Positions 10,099 to 20,608 of a DNA stretch of 64,000 bases are shown here, in pieces. This DNA comes from a virus: the IMG/VR virus record IMGVR_UViG_3300036770_003984, positions 32,001 to 96,000 of that record; one strand, 5' to 3'. Numbering within the stretch: the first letter of the stretch is position 1; each line of letters begins with the position of its first letter. Both the position numbers and the translations under genes were made by a program. The notes below the pieces were generated by a model. The model was given only the letters and a program-made list of their open reading frames with translations, had not been told where the DNA came from and searched no databases.

Positions 10099-10811
10099 AG
10101 ATTTTCTTTTAGATTTTTTAACTTGAAATAAGTTAATTTATCATATTTTTCTGTGGTTATTTTTTCAATTGATTCATCAATTCTTTTTGATGTTTCAATG
10201 TCAGATGTTTTTTTAATTTCATTTAATTTTGAAATTATATCTATTTTCAATATATCAAACTCACTATTTAATTTATTATCGTCTTCTTTTAATAAACTAA
10301 TTAAACTTTTCTTATCCGATTCGTTTAACTCTGAGATATATTTGTTAATTGTTTGGTTTGCTATATTAACCATTGTTGAAATGGGTAAATTAATAACATC
10401 ACTATTTTCATCTTTTGATTTTTTAATCAAAGATTCTGAAATTATTTTTCTACTTTTTATTTTGTTTTCTAATGTCAGAATATTTGTTGAAAATAAATTA
10501 TCAATATCATCATATTGATTTTCACTCTTAACATCATCAACCCATAATTCTAACACTTTTAAATCTTTTGGATTTATTTTGTTAATAGTATTTTCATATA
10601 TTGTAATACATTCATTTATGAATTGGTCTGCAATATCTTTAGTGTACCCTTTATTTGTATTCAATTCATCGTAGACAAAAAACAATTTTTTCAAATTTTT
10701 GTTTTCCAAAACAAGTTTTTTGAATATCTTTAACTCATCCTTAAATAAATTTCTACCATAGGATTCTAACAAGTATTTTTCTATTTTTGATTTTAAAAGT
10801 CCAAATTTCAT
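10095..10811 (-). CDS. Hypothetical head-module protein
   Basis: Start MKFGLL at 10811 follows a TATTTATA motif. Confidence 0.75.
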   Translation of the reverse strand: MKFGLLKSKIEKYLLESYGRNLFKDELKIFKKLVLENKNLKKLFFVYDELNTNKGYTKDIADQFINECITIYENTINKINPKDLKVLELWVDDVKSENQYDDIDNLFSTNILTLENKIKSRKIISESLIKKSKDENSDVINLPISTMVNIANQTINKYISELNESDKKSLISLLKEDDNKLNSEFDILKIDIISKLNEIKKTSDIETSKRIDESIEKITTEKYDKLTYFKLKNLKENL

Positions 10812-10830
10812 AGTTTTTTTATTATAAATA

Positions 10831-12642
10831 TCAATCATCTAAAAGTTTTTTCAGATGTACTTCCATTTCACCCAAATAATTTCTTACTTTTGACAAATCA
10901 ATATAAGAATCATCCTCAGTTAATGAATCACTTTCCAATAGAATATTTAAATTATTTTTATTAATTGATTCTGGTGCTAAACCTGGAGGTGGGGGTGATT
11001 CTTCACCTCCAGGAGGTGGTGGTGGCATTCCTCCACTTTCTTCTCCTCCTCCACCGGGTGGTGGTGGTGCTCCACCTTCAGTTGTACCTGACTTAGTTCC
11101 ATAAAGTTTATCAATATTATCAAATAAACCAGTATGTGTTATAATTGTCGCAGTATTTGTTAATTCAGCACCAACAGCCTTTTCAATCCTTTGTTGTTGT
11201 AAATCAAGTTTAATTTCCTCTTCAGAGAATCCCATAATATGTTTCTTAGCCCATGTAACTGATGTTGGTGAAATACCTTCAATTGCCGTAACACATTCTT
11301 TATAAAGTGCGACTTTCTCTTTCCATATATCAATTTTAAGTAAATCAGCCTGACTTGATGGATTTGTCAAACCTAAAGTGAAGTTACCTAACTCATCTTC
11401 AAAACCTAAAAGGAATAAATGTATAATGGCGATTTTATTTAATTCGGCAACCATACATTTTTGTATTCTATTGATTGTTCTAGCAAATCTTATATCAATC
11501 AAAGAAAGATTTTTACCATCACCAACAGGTTCTTCAAAACCTAAGAATGCTTTAGGTACACGTAGAGCGGTTAATAATTTCTTTTGGATATATTCAATAT
11601 CGGCAATTTCACCTAAATTCGCACCACCAGGTAATGTTTCAATTGGCATAGTTTGAGCTGGGTCTCTAACAGGAATAAAATAATCTTGGTCAACAGCCAT
11701 TTGATTAAATCTCATATCAACATTACCAGTCTGAGAATCAACAACTTGACTACGTTTAAACTTATTTGCAACACGTTGTACATAAGCTTCAACATCTTTA
11801 TCATCCATATTTCCAACAAAGACTTTGAACACCCTTCTTTCTGGTGCTCTTGAAGTTCTATATATCAACATTGCATCCTCAGATAATAATAATTGTTTCC
11901 AAATACGTCTTGCCTTTTCCAACATTGATGTACCATATGGAAGTTTTCTATCATCACCAAATAAACGGAAATGAGCAATTTCCCAAGAATTAAACTCCAT
12001 GTCTTTAACTTTCCATTTGAATCTTAAACCTTTGTTTTCAACGGGGTCTTCAACATTTTGTCTACCAGCTTGCGTAGGAGCACCTCGTTCCAAACGTTCA
12101 ATTTCAATGTTTGGTAGTTGCATACAACCAACAATACCTTTTTCTGGATCAAGTTTAAGGTAAACAAAATTATCACCATACTTACAAGTATTTCTTGTCC
12201 ACATTGGTAAGTTTGTGTTAATATCCAAAATATTATTAAATAAATCAGCTAAAATAGATTTAATCCTTTTTGACTCTGAATATATCTGTAACATATTACC
12301 ATTTTGGTCAACAGTTGTTGATTCCTCACCATAAATGTCTAGTGCTGCAGATATTTCTGGTGTATACTCCATAGATTCGTAATCGTAAAATGAGGCCAAT
12401 CTAGTTGGTTCGTAATATACTGCTTGGGTATATAGATTACTTTCAATTTTAGTCCATTGATTAGCTAAATAATATGTTTGTTGAGCTTGTAATAACTCTT
12501 TATCATATTCTTGTTTGGATGTTGTACGTAATAATTCTTTTCTATCAAACTTATATGTTGGATAGTCTTGATTTAAAAGTTCATTAGGTCCGAAGGCTTG
12601 AGATAATCTTTGCCATACGGTATATTTGTTATTATTTTCCAT
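10831..12642 (-). CDS. Portal protein, T4 gp20-like
   Basis: YTPEISAALDIY, EDAMLIYRTSRAPERRVF, DYFIPVR, LPGGANLGEIADIEY..KKLLTALRVP; Pro/Gly-rich tail. Confidence 0.95.
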   Translation of the reverse strand: MENNNKYTVWQRLSQAFGPNELLNQDYPTYKFDRKELLRTTSKQEYDKELLQAQQTYYLANQWTKIESNLYTQAVYYEPTRLASFYDYESMEYTPEISAALDIYGEESTTVDQNGNMLQIYSESKRIKSILADLFNNILDINTNLPMWTRNTCKYGDNFVYLKLDPEKGIVGCMQLPNIEIERLERGAPTQAGRQNVEDPVENKGLRFKWKVKDMEFNSWEIAHFRLFGDDRKLPYGTSMLEKARRIWKQLLLSEDAMLIYRTSRAPERRVFKVFVGNMDDKDVEAYVQRVANKFKRSQVVDSQTGNVDMRFNQMAVDQDYFIPVRDPAQTMPIETLPGGANLGEIADIEYIQKKLLTALRVPKAFLGFEEPVGDGKNLSLIDIRFARTINRIQKCMVAELNKIAIIHLFLLGFEDELGNFTLGLTNPSSQADLLKIDIWKEKVALYKECVTAIEGISPTSVTWAKKHIMGFSEEEIKLDLQQQRIEKAVGAELTNTATIITHTGLFDNIDKLYGTKSGTTEGGAPPPPGGGGEESGGMPPPPPGGEESPPPPGLAPESINKNNLNILLESDSLTEDDSYIDLSKVRNYLGEMEVHLKKLLDD

Positions 12643-12680
12643 AAATTAAATCTAAATTTATTTGATAAAAATTAAATACT

Positions 12681-12830
12681 TTACTGTTTAGTACCATTAT
12701 TAGTGTTACCTTTTTTTTGATTAATATCAGTGTTTCCACCAGGATTAACCATTATTGGTTTTTGACCGGGTACTATCAATCTTCCATTAGCATTTATTTT
12801 ACCAGATGTTTTTCTTTTTTCAAATCCCAT
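12681..12830 (-). CDS. Small hypothetical protein (49 aa), not in ORF track
   Basis: MGFEKRKTSGKINANGRLIVPGQ... between terL and portal; TATTTATT upstream. Confidence 0.55.
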   Translation of the reverse strand: MGFEKRKTSGKINANGRLIVPGQKPIMVNPGGNTDINQKKGNTNNGTKQ

Positions 12831-12850
12831 AATCTTTTATTTAATAAATA

Positions 12851-14620
12851 TTATCTTCTTTGATTTCCAAATAACCAAGAGTATTTCATATAATCTTCCT
12901 TTGAAACATTTTGATTTCTTTGTTGTAATCTATCATGCCCATATGGTATTACTGGATTAAATTCTAATTGTTTTCCCATATTTTCATTATTACTTACAGC
13001 CCAAGATTCCAACATTGCCTTTGTTTGTTCAGTGACTTTTTCCAAACTGCTGAAAGATGATTCAGCAATATAAGTCGCCATTGCAATTGACATTATTAAG
13101 TCATCGTGTTGTCCCTTTTGGTGGTCTGGTCTTCCATTGACATAAATAAAGGTGTTCATCTCATCAAATAACCTTGAACTATATATCTTAAATTCATGTC
13201 TCATTGCTTCCTCAAATGATGCAATTATCTGAACACGTTTATTATTAAAATTAAGTCCAGGAATTTTATCCAATGCCTTGGGGTCATATTTCCATTTGTT
13301 TGCCAAATCTACCCCATCCACATATAAATTTTTATAACCCAACTCTTGTAACTTCCTTGAGGTTGAAACCCCCATACCACCAGTTATATCTATCACAATA
13401 AAACAATTATACATATTACCCCACTTATAACATATTTCAGCCATTGTATCTGGAGGTAACTTTCCAACATATTCTGCAACTTGTTCTCTTGTATCAAAAT
13501 CAATAATTTGGAATGAACTAAAGTCTTCACTATCCCCTCTACTGACATCCACACCCATAACGTATTTATGTCCCATAATAGGTTCTTTCCATATCCATAG
13601 AGAATTACCTATCATTTTATTTTGGGGTTCTTTAATCATATTTTCTTTAACTCTTTGCATTAAAAGAGAATCAAATACGTTATCACCAGAACCCAAGAAG
13701 TTACACTCTAACTCTTGTGAAACTTTTCTCTTATCATATTTAAGTTTCTTTACCATTCCCTCAAACCAAGATGAACAAGGTTTGTACCCTGAATTCATCA
13801 TTAATTTAAGTTCCTCGTAATTTCTTTCATCAAATGGAATATGTCCCCAACTTATAATATCATTACTACTATATTCTGTTTTATTAAGGAGATAATGAAT
13901 AACATCTTGTGTTTTGACTAAAAATAAATCTTTGGTATATCTTGGGTCTCTAAACCAAAACATCTCAGATATTTTAAAGTCATTCATTCCCCTATTTGCT
14001 TGATTATATATTTCATAATAAATTGGGTCATAACCATTTGGTGTTGACACTACAATAACTTTACCCCCAGTTGATAGTGAGGCCATACAAGCCGCCCAAA
14101 AGTCTGAATCCGCGTCAATAAATGCCGCCTCGTCAAATACTAGGATTGTTGGTGTAAAACCACGTAGAGCATCCTTTGAGGTTGCCACAGCTTTTACTTC
14201 ACATCCATTGTTTGTCTTATAATGTTTTTGTGAATTTTTATCAACAGAAAAATCAATTCCAACCCAACTTGGCCATTGACCAATAAACATTCTTATTTTA
14301 TTTGCCATCTCTTGTGATGTATCTAATTTGTTGGCAATGATTAGAATCTTTTCAGGTTTTGTCTTTTTGGCAAAAGCTATTTTTAATGATACCCAAGCCG
14401 CAGTTACTGTTGATACACCAGCTTGTCTGTACTTTAATGCAATGTTTTCATTGTAATTTTCATAGTCATTAAGTAATGAAATTTGGTCTGGAAATAACTC
14501 TAATGGGACATATTTTGATACAGTATTATCATAGGTTTCCAGATATGTTCTTAACGCGTATGGGGTATCTTTCATACACTTAAGATATTCAATCATTACT
14601 TGTTCTTTTGTTAAACTCAT
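12851..14620 (-). CDS. Terminase large subunit, T4 gp17-like
   Basis: LKYRQAGVST (Walker A), LVFDEAAF (Walker B), VSTPNG, MGVDVSRGDSEDFS nuclease, HDDLIM. Confidence 0.95.
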   Translation of the reverse strand: MSLTKEQVMIEYLKCMKDTPYALRTYLETYDNTVSKYVPLELFPDQISLLNDYENYNENIALKYRQAGVSTVTAAWVSLKIAFAKKTKPEKILIIANKLDTSQEMANKIRMFIGQWPSWVGIDFSVDKNSQKHYKTNNGCEVKAVATSKDALRGFTPTILVFDEAAFIDADSDFWAACMASLSTGGKVIVVSTPNGYDPIYYEIYNQANRGMNDFKISEMFWFRDPRYTKDLFLVKTQDVIHYLLNKTEYSSNDIISWGHIPFDERNYEELKLMMNSGYKPCSSWFEGMVKKLKYDKRKVSQELECNFLGSGDNVFDSLLMQRVKENMIKEPQNKMIGNSLWIWKEPIMGHKYVMGVDVSRGDSEDFSSFQIIDFDTREQVAEYVGKLPPDTMAEICYKWGNMYNCFIVIDITGGMGVSTSRKLQELGYKNLYVDGVDLANKWKYDPKALDKIPGLNFNNKRVQIIASFEEAMRHEFKIYSSRLFDEMNTFIYVNGRPDHQKGQHDDLIMSIAMATYIAESSFSSLEKVTEQTKAMLESWAVSNNENMGKQLEFNPVIPYGHDRLQQRNQNVSKEDYMKYSWLFGNQRR

Positions 14621-14641
14621 ATAATCTTTTTATATAAATAT

Positions 14642-14678
14642 AAAAACCCCCACTTATTTCTAAATGGGGGTTTTTATT
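14642..14678. terminator. Intrinsic terminator (bidirectional-looking)
   Basis: AAAAACCCCCA...TGGGGGTTTTT inverted repeat flanked by A/T tracts. Confidence 0.7.
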
Positions 14679-16298
14679 TTAATCTTCAACATCTAACCAA
14701 CCTAAATCAATTGGTCCATCATCTGTTGACTTTTGGTCGTATTTTTTCTTTGAATATGATGGGAAATCCTTTTTTAAATTTGTTGTCATCTCTCTTGCCT
14801 TTTCAATTATTTCTTCAACAAATGACTCTGCGTATGGGTCTAAATCTTTACCAATAGTTAAAGATTGAACTAATTTTTTTAATTTACCTTTATTTGCAAT
14901 ATCTTCATCTTCTACTTCTGAGAAGTATTTTAAAACCCCTGGAATTAATTCTCTCTGTTCGTCTTCATTAGGTACAATTTCATTAAATATTTCATAAAAT
15001 CTTTTGAAGAAAACTTCAGAGAATACTAAATCATATGCTTCAATTTCAAGTGAAGTTGCCGCACGTTTAGCTAAAGCTCTTTGTTCGTCACTAGTAGTTC
15101 CTCCACCAGCGGCAGAAGTGAAAAACATTATTGTACCTTTAACTAATTCGTGTACTAAAAGAGGTAAAGTAGATGCTCTTGCTCTTACTGTGAATGCACC
15201 CCCAAAATCAAGTTCTTCTTCATCTTCTTCATCTTCATAATCACCACCCATATCACCACCTGTTTCACCAGTTTCTTCAGGAGATAATACCTCAACTTGT
15301 CCTATTTGTCCACCACCTGATGTACCTATTCCCCCAATGTCATCAAATAACCAATACATATGTAACATAATTGGTTGTATTACGTTAGAAATTTCTAATA
15401 TTCTTTCACCTCCAGGTAATTCTTGTATTTTTCTCATACAAATTTTGTATGCGTCAGCGTAATACAATGCCATACCTCTTCTAAAATAATTTATTATCAT
15501 TCTGTTTGTTACGGCATCAGAAAATTCTTCTTTTGCTTTTTCTAATGTTTCAGGTGAAATTTTGAATGTGGATTGTATTGCTTCTTTAGCTTTTTCTTCA
15601 TCAAACTCAATACCCATTGATTCAAAATCATTTTTTAAATCTTCTAATTTTTGAGTTTTTTCAGCATCAATATCTGCGAATTTGTCTAAAATTTCTTCAT
15701 CACTTATTTTATCAGCTTTAGCTTTCATACTTGAAAGTTTTGGCAGGAATCCATAACTTAATTCCCCATCCAATTGTATCATTTTTGTAAAAAACTTGTT
15801 ATCAATACCCATAGCTTTTTCAACAGATTCCATAGCTATTTGTTCAAGTTCTTCTTTGTTTCCCATTTGTAACCTTGTTAATTCACCCATAAGTTTTTGT
15901 ACAATAGTCATAAGAGTTCTAAACGCGGTTACAGAATCAGATTTAAAATTAGGATTTGAAATATTCAAACGTCTTGCGATATCAGAATCACGACCAATTA
16001 ATTCTTCTAGTCGTTGTATTGAAAACTTAAAAGCTTCTGAGGTAAAAAAATCAACTTGAGGTTGAGTAAGACCAAATTTATTCAAAGGTAATTCACCCCT
16101 TTCAATTTTTGATTGTAAAGTTCTACTTGGACGTGCACCACCAACTTCAGGTCCAAATGTCATTTCATCTTCTTTAATTAAAGATTCAATTTCATTTAAA
16201 ATTTGATTTTCTTTTTTTGTTAAACCTTCACTTAAAAGTTTATATTTTAAACCTTGTCTGGTTTCTTTTAAAAGAGATATTTTATTTTTTAAGCTCAT
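14679..16298 (-). CDS. Hypothetical, candidate head-associated protein
   Basis: 539 aa; LLKE/LSE/LIKE N-terminal sites. Confidence 0.75.
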   Translation of the reverse strand: MSLKNKISLLKETRQGLKYKLLSEGLTKKENQILNEIESLIKEDEMTFGPEVGGARPSRTLQSKIERGELPLNKFGLTQPQVDFFTSEAFKFSIQRLEELIGRDSDIARRLNISNPNFKSDSVTAFRTLMTIVQKLMGELTRLQMGNKEELEQIAMESVEKAMGIDNKFFTKMIQLDGELSYGFLPKLSSMKAKADKISDEEILDKFADIDAEKTQKLEDLKNDFESMGIEFDEEKAKEAIQSTFKISPETLEKAKEEFSDAVTNRMIINYFRRGMALYYADAYKICMRKIQELPGGERILEISNVIQPIMLHMYWLFDDIGGIGTSGGGQIGQVEVLSPEETGETGGDMGGDYEDEEDEEELDFGGAFTVRARASTLPLLVHELVKGTIMFFTSAAGGGTTSDEQRALAKRAATSLEIEAYDLVFSEVFFKRFYEIFNEIVPNEDEQRELIPGVLKYFSEVEDEDIANKGKLKKLVQSLTIGKDLDPYAESFVEEIIEKAREMTTNLKKDFPSYSKKKYDQKSTDDGPIDLGWLDVED

Positions 16299-16307
16299 AT
16301 TTTTTTT

Positions 16308-17255
16308 TTAGATTAAACGATGTTTTTTAACTTGTGACATAAAATAGTCTAAACCTTCAGATTGTTCACCTTTTCTTTTTGCTTCAGCTGGGTCTTTATC
16401 TGGTTTTTTAAAAGGATTACCAGTTTTTTTCTTTTCTTCCTTTTCTGTTTCAGTTTCCTTTTCAGTTTCTGTTTCAGTATTACCTTTATATTTTTTTCTT
16501 CTTGCTTCAGCTGGGTCTTTATCTGGTTTTTTAAAAGGATTACCAGTTTTTTTCTTTTCTTCCTTTTCTGTTTCAGTCTCAGTTTCTTTTTCTTTGGTAT
16601 CACCCATTGTTGTTTCAATCAATCGGATTAAATCTCTCTTAGTCATAGTTGGTTTTAAATTTTTTTCGATTATATTTTCTAAATGATTACGAAGTTTTGA
16701 TTCACTAGTCAACTTAGGATTTAATAAACTACCCATATTTGATTTCATTTGACCTGTTATTGCTGCTGTAAGTGCTTTATTATAATCAACAACTTCATTT
16801 GTTTCTTTCTTCTTATATTTTACAGTCTTTTCAGGATGTTTTTTTTCTGGCATTTTTTCATATTGTTTTTTTGATGTACTCTTTGAAAATTCTTTTGCCA
16901 TTTTACACCATTTACAATCGTCATCTTTACACTTATTACATCTAGCCCAAAATAATCCTTGTTGAGCCTTAGACTCAAATTTTTCTTTTATTTCAGATTC
17001 CATAGGAGTTATTGTTGTTTTTCCACCTGTAGTATCTACTTCCATATTACCAATCGTAGTTTTAGAATTATCTTTTACAACATAACCTGTTTTAGTAACT
17101 GGTGTTGTATTTGGTGGTGTTGTTGTCTGTTCGGTTGTTTCCTTCCTTGACATTTTTTCAAACAACAAATTTATTTTACCCTCATTAAGGGTTGATATAA
17201 ATTGGGGATTTAATCCTCTATCCAACAAAAATCCAATTTTTTTATTTAGATTCAT
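16308..17255 (-). CDS. Hypothetical, candidate head-associated protein
   Basis: FESKAQQ motif; internal duplication TETETEKEEKKKTGNPFKKPDKDPAEA. Confidence 0.75.
   Translation of the reverse strand: MNLNKKIGFLLDRGLNPQFISTLNEGKINLLFEKMSRKETTEQTTTPPNTTPVTKTGYVVKDNSKTTIGNMEVDTTGGKTTITPMESEIKEKFESKAQQGLFWARCNKCKDDDCKWCKMAKEFSKSTSKKQYEKMPEKKHPEKTVKYKKKETNEVVDYNKALTAAITGQMKSNMGSLLNPKLTSESKLRNHLENIIEKNLKPTMTKRDLIRLIETTMGDTKEKETETETEKEEKKKTGNPFKKPDKDPAEARRKKYKGNTETETEKETETEKEEKKKTGNPFKKPDKDPAEAKRKGEQSEGLDYFMSQVKKHRLI
16378..16580. repeat. Intragenic direct repeat, about 78 bp at 123-bp period
   Basis: gcttcagctgggtctttatctgg... at 16381 and 16504. Confidence 0.85.
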
Positions 17256-17655
17256 AACTCAATTTTTTTTCGTATTCAAGGACAATGTCCCTCGCGTATA
17301 ACTTATTTTTTATAGATTCTTCACTCTCACCAAATCTAAATACCAATCTTTTAACCAAATCAAAATTTATATATTCACTTTCATTCTCCCAAGCCAAAGC
17401 AATAACATCATCAATTGAATCTTGCATTGAAAAATAATCAGACTTTTGAATTACAGAAAAAGAAATTTCATCATTTTTCAAAACTCCAACTTTTTTTATA
17501 TGTAAAATATCTGGGGGTAAAGGATAACCATTAGCTGGTTTTGATTCCCAATATTCCCCCCAAATATCATCAACTTTATCTGAAAAAATAAATTCGTAAA
17601 TATTATCACCTTTATAATTTGGTCCTAATTCATTAACAAAAATTAAAAACATCAT
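17242..17655 (-). CDS. Hypothetical protein
   Basis: 137 aa ORF overlapping its neighbours operon-style. Confidence 0.7.
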   Translation of the reverse strand: MMFLIFVNELGPNYKGDNIYEFIFSDKVDDIWGEYWESKPANGYPLPPDILHIKKVGVLKNDEISFSVIQKSDYFSMQDSIDDVIALAWENESEYINFDLVKRLVFRFGESEESIKNKLYARDIVLEYEKKLSYESK

Positions 17656-18917
17656 TTTACATTACCATTTGGAGAAATATAAAATCTTTCATTGTACATT
17701 TCAAATACTAATTGACCTTTTGTATCCTTACCCAATAATTTAGCTTTTGGATACTTGTTCAAAAATCTATGAGCAGAATCTTCTTGTTCATAACTCTCAC
17801 TTATTTTTTGAATTGTATTTGATTTTTTATTTGTTGTTTTTGGAATAAAATAATTACTCAAAACTTTATCAATTTTAGATTCAGAATATAATGATTGTCT
17901 ATTGAATGATTGTCTATTTTTCATACTTCTAGCATCTCTTCCCATTGGAAAATCTTCGCCCATTTCACCTTGAGGTTGTCTTGGCGGTGTTTGTGGTGCT
18001 GATTGTCCACCCATCATACCTTCTTCATCCCCCATCATTCCTTCTTCATCACCCATCATTCCTTCTTCATCACCCATCATTCCTTGTTCGTCATCTACTT
18101 CCAATTCGTATTCAGTTTCACCACCTTCAAACTTAGACATTACTTTTTCTTTATCTTCAGCCTCAAGATTATCTATAGGTAGTGCTGAAATAACTGAATT
18201 CAAAATATAAAGAACATCTTGTGATGTTAATTGATTTTCTTCATCTTGCAAGAATTGTCTTACTTTTTGAGCTAATTTACCAGTGTATTTTTGTAAAACC
18301 TTAATTGTGACTTGTTCATCGTCATCTTCTGGATTTTCGTCCATTCCCATATCATCCATTGGCATATCTTCATCACCCATATCATCCATTGGCATATCAT
18401 CCATTCCCATATCTTCACCACCCATATCACCTTCAGGTGAGCCTTGTGGTGCTTGAGCTGGTTGTGGCGCGGGTGCTGGTTGTTGTGGTGCTGGTTGTGG
18501 AGCGGGTCTTTGTTGTTGCTGTTGTGGTTGTTCATCCAAAGTTAAATAATATTTTTCTTCAGAATCACCTTCAAACAAAGATATGTTATGTTCGTACCCT
18601 TCAATAGAATTTACTTCTTTAGTTATAATATTTAATCTTTTTAGGGCTTGTGAATATGATGGATAAAATTTCCTATTTTTCATAGGGTCAATATATTCAC
18701 TTGTTGATTCATTTAAACCTTTTTTGATTACATATCCAACTTTCTCTTTAACAATAAAATATGTTTCGTTATCTGCTAAAGTTTTTTTATAATCAAAAGA
18801 ATGTGTTTCATTTATTGGTTTTGGAATGTTCAAATTATAGTTTGAAATTTCAATCATACGTCTGATTGCATCCATTCCTTGTAACTTTTCACTACCTATT
18901 GGTCTTAATTTTCCCAT
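17652..18917 (-). CDS. Hypothetical low-complexity head-associated protein
   Basis: Q/P-rich and DEEGMMG repeats; multiple I/L-x-E sites. Confidence 0.75.
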   Translation of the reverse strand: MGKLRPIGSEKLQGMDAIRRMIEISNYNLNIPKPINETHSFDYKKTLADNETYFIVKEKVGYVIKKGLNESTSEYIDPMKNRKFYPSYSQALKRLNIITKEVNSIEGYEHNISLFEGDSEEKYYLTLDEQPQQQQQRPAPQPAPQQPAPAPQPAQAPQGSPEGDMGGEDMGMDDMPMDDMGDEDMPMDDMGMDENPEDDDEQVTIKVLQKYTGKLAQKVRQFLQDEENQLTSQDVLYILNSVISALPIDNLEAEDKEKVMSKFEGGETEYELEVDDEQGMMGDEEGMMGDEEGMMGDEEGMMGGQSAPQTPPRQPQGEMGEDFPMGRDARSMKNRQSFNRQSLYSESKIDKVLSNYFIPKTTNKKSNTIQKISESYEQEDSAHRFLNKYPKAKLLGKDTKGQLVFEMYNERFYISPNGNVK

Positions 18918-18952
18918 AATATTTTTTGTTTTTATAATATAAATATACAGAA

Positions 18953-19699
18953 TTATTTAATTCTTAATTTTTCATCCAAAGAAAGTTTTTTATCAATAAG
19001 TTTTGTTGGTATATTATATAATTTCTCAATATAACCATTACGTCTCAAAACTTTAAAGACTAAATTTTCTAATCCCAATTCACCAGATTTATCTAAACCA
19101 CTTATTCTATATTTTTTTAATTTATCTTTAATCACTTTTACACCATTACGAATTGTTTCAATATCTTCACCTTCCAAATGTTTAATTAAATTATCAATAA
19201 TTCGCATCCATTTTTTAACGTTAATTGTAATGTCTTCATTACTAGCTTTCATTTTTTCTTTGATTGGTTTTTTAATCCATTCATCATTTAGAATAGAATA
19301 AATACCACCACTAACACCTTTATCATCAATACCCTCAACATATGCTTCAACATCATAACCAAAAATTTTTATGTTTCTTTTTTGATTAAAAACTATTTTT
19401 TTTAAATCAAAATATTCAACATACATATCTTTAAGTTTATCTGAAAATTGTTTGTAATCTACTAATATGTGTAAATCAACATCCGAATATTCTGACCAAT
19501 TATAATTCGCAATTGAACCTTTAACAATAATATCATCAATTACAACATCCACCCCAAAAGAATCAATGAATTGATTTGCAATTTCTAGTAAATGCTTTCT
19601 AACATTTGGATTCATTATTGAACCACCATCAACCCAAATTTTTGGTTGTAATGTTGAATTTAATTTAAAACTAGATATAACTTTATTTAAACTTTCCAT
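18953..19699 (-). CDS. Pol-beta-superfamily nucleotidyltransferase
   Basis: GSIANYNWSEYSDVDLH (GS..DxD) plus a third acidic residue in DVEAY. Confidence 0.8.
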   Translation of the reverse strand: MESLNKVISSFKLNSTLQPKIWVDGGSIMNPNVRKHLLEIANQFIDSFGVDVVIDDIIVKGSIANYNWSEYSDVDLHILVDYKQFSDKLKDMYVEYFDLKKIVFNQKRNIKIFGYDVEAYVEGIDDKGVSGGIYSILNDEWIKKPIKEKMKASNEDITINVKKWMRIIDNLIKHLEGEDIETIRNGVKVIKDKLKKYRISGLDKSGELGLENLVFKVLRRNGYIEKLYNIPTKLIDKKLSLDEKLRIK

Positions 19700-19731
19700 A
19701 AATGATAAATATTAGTGCACCACTATAATTA

Positions 19732-19974
19732 TCACAATTTTCTATATTGGTATGATTTTGCTATTTTGGAATTAAAAAACTTACCTTGAGATTCCGACAT
19801 CCTAAATTGGGTATACACTTGATGGGGGACATTTTCATAGGAGTATCTGAGTCCGTTGTTAAATTCCACAACTAACTCTTTTGTTTCTGTATCAAATTCT
19901 GTCTTTTTAATATTACTTGACTGAATTTCATTAATAATTTTTGTACCTCTGATTTCTTCTCTTAAAATTGCCAT
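19732..19974 (-). CDS. KTSC-domain protein
   Basis: SSNI....FD....EL.VEFNNG..Y.Y.NVP..VY..F..SES.GKFFN. Confidence 0.88.
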   Translation of the reverse strand: MAILREEIRGTKIINEIQSSNIKKTEFDTETKELVVEFNNGLRYSYENVPHQVYTQFRMSESQGKFFNSKIAKSYQYRKL

Positions 19975-20017
19975 AATATTTTAAATTTAAAAACCCCTCT
20001 AAACTGAGGGGTTATAA

Positions 20018-20452
20018 TTAGTTTATTTTTTTTAATTCATCTCGGATTTCAATCGCTCTTTCAAAATTTTGTTCTTTAATCGCGACATCCAACTCTTTTT
20101 TCAAATCTTTAACCTTAGATGAGTTATTCTCAAGTTCTTTAATTTTATCTCTTAATCTTGCAGCTTCCTCAAAATCTTGATTTGATACACATTCATCTAG
20201 TTTAGATTTCAACTCATTAACTTCACTCTTATCATTAAATGGTGGATTAGTAAAAATGAAACTAATAGTTGTGAATAATCCATCATTTGATTCTTTAATT
20301 GACTTTCTATATTTTTTAATTTCTTTTGAAATGTCATCTGGGTTTAACCCTTTTAAAAATCCATCCATAGGAGTATTAAATTTCTGATTGTCTTGATTGA
20401 AAATTTCATTTAAAATTTCCTCAAATCTTTTATAAAAATCTTTACTGTTCAT
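20018..20452 (-). CDS. Tandem UVR-domain protein (McsA-like coiled coils)
   Basis: LDECVSNQDFEEAARLRDKI and LDVAIKEQNFERAIEIRDEL. Confidence 0.8.
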   Translation of the reverse strand: MNSKDFYKRFEEILNEIFNQDNQKFNTPMDGFLKGLNPDDISKEIKKYRKSIKESNDGLFTTISFIFTNPPFNDKSEVNELKSKLDECVSNQDFEEAARLRDKIKELENNSSKVKDLKKELDVAIKEQNFERAIEIRDELKKIN

Positions 20453-20608
20453 AATATTATATTTTTTAAAGTTTATTTTCATTTTTATAATCCAATTATA
20501 TACCAATTAAATTAACTAGTCAAGAATTAAAAAAAATACTGACAATTTGTCAGTTTAACATAGTTGAAAATGTAAAAATAAATATTATAATTAGTTAAAA
20601 ACAAAAAT

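Noticed and set aside
18953-19699. CCA-adding enzyme
   Set aside because: Only the generic GS..DxD signature is visible, with no class I/II CCA-specific motifs, although most tRNAs here lack encoded CCA.
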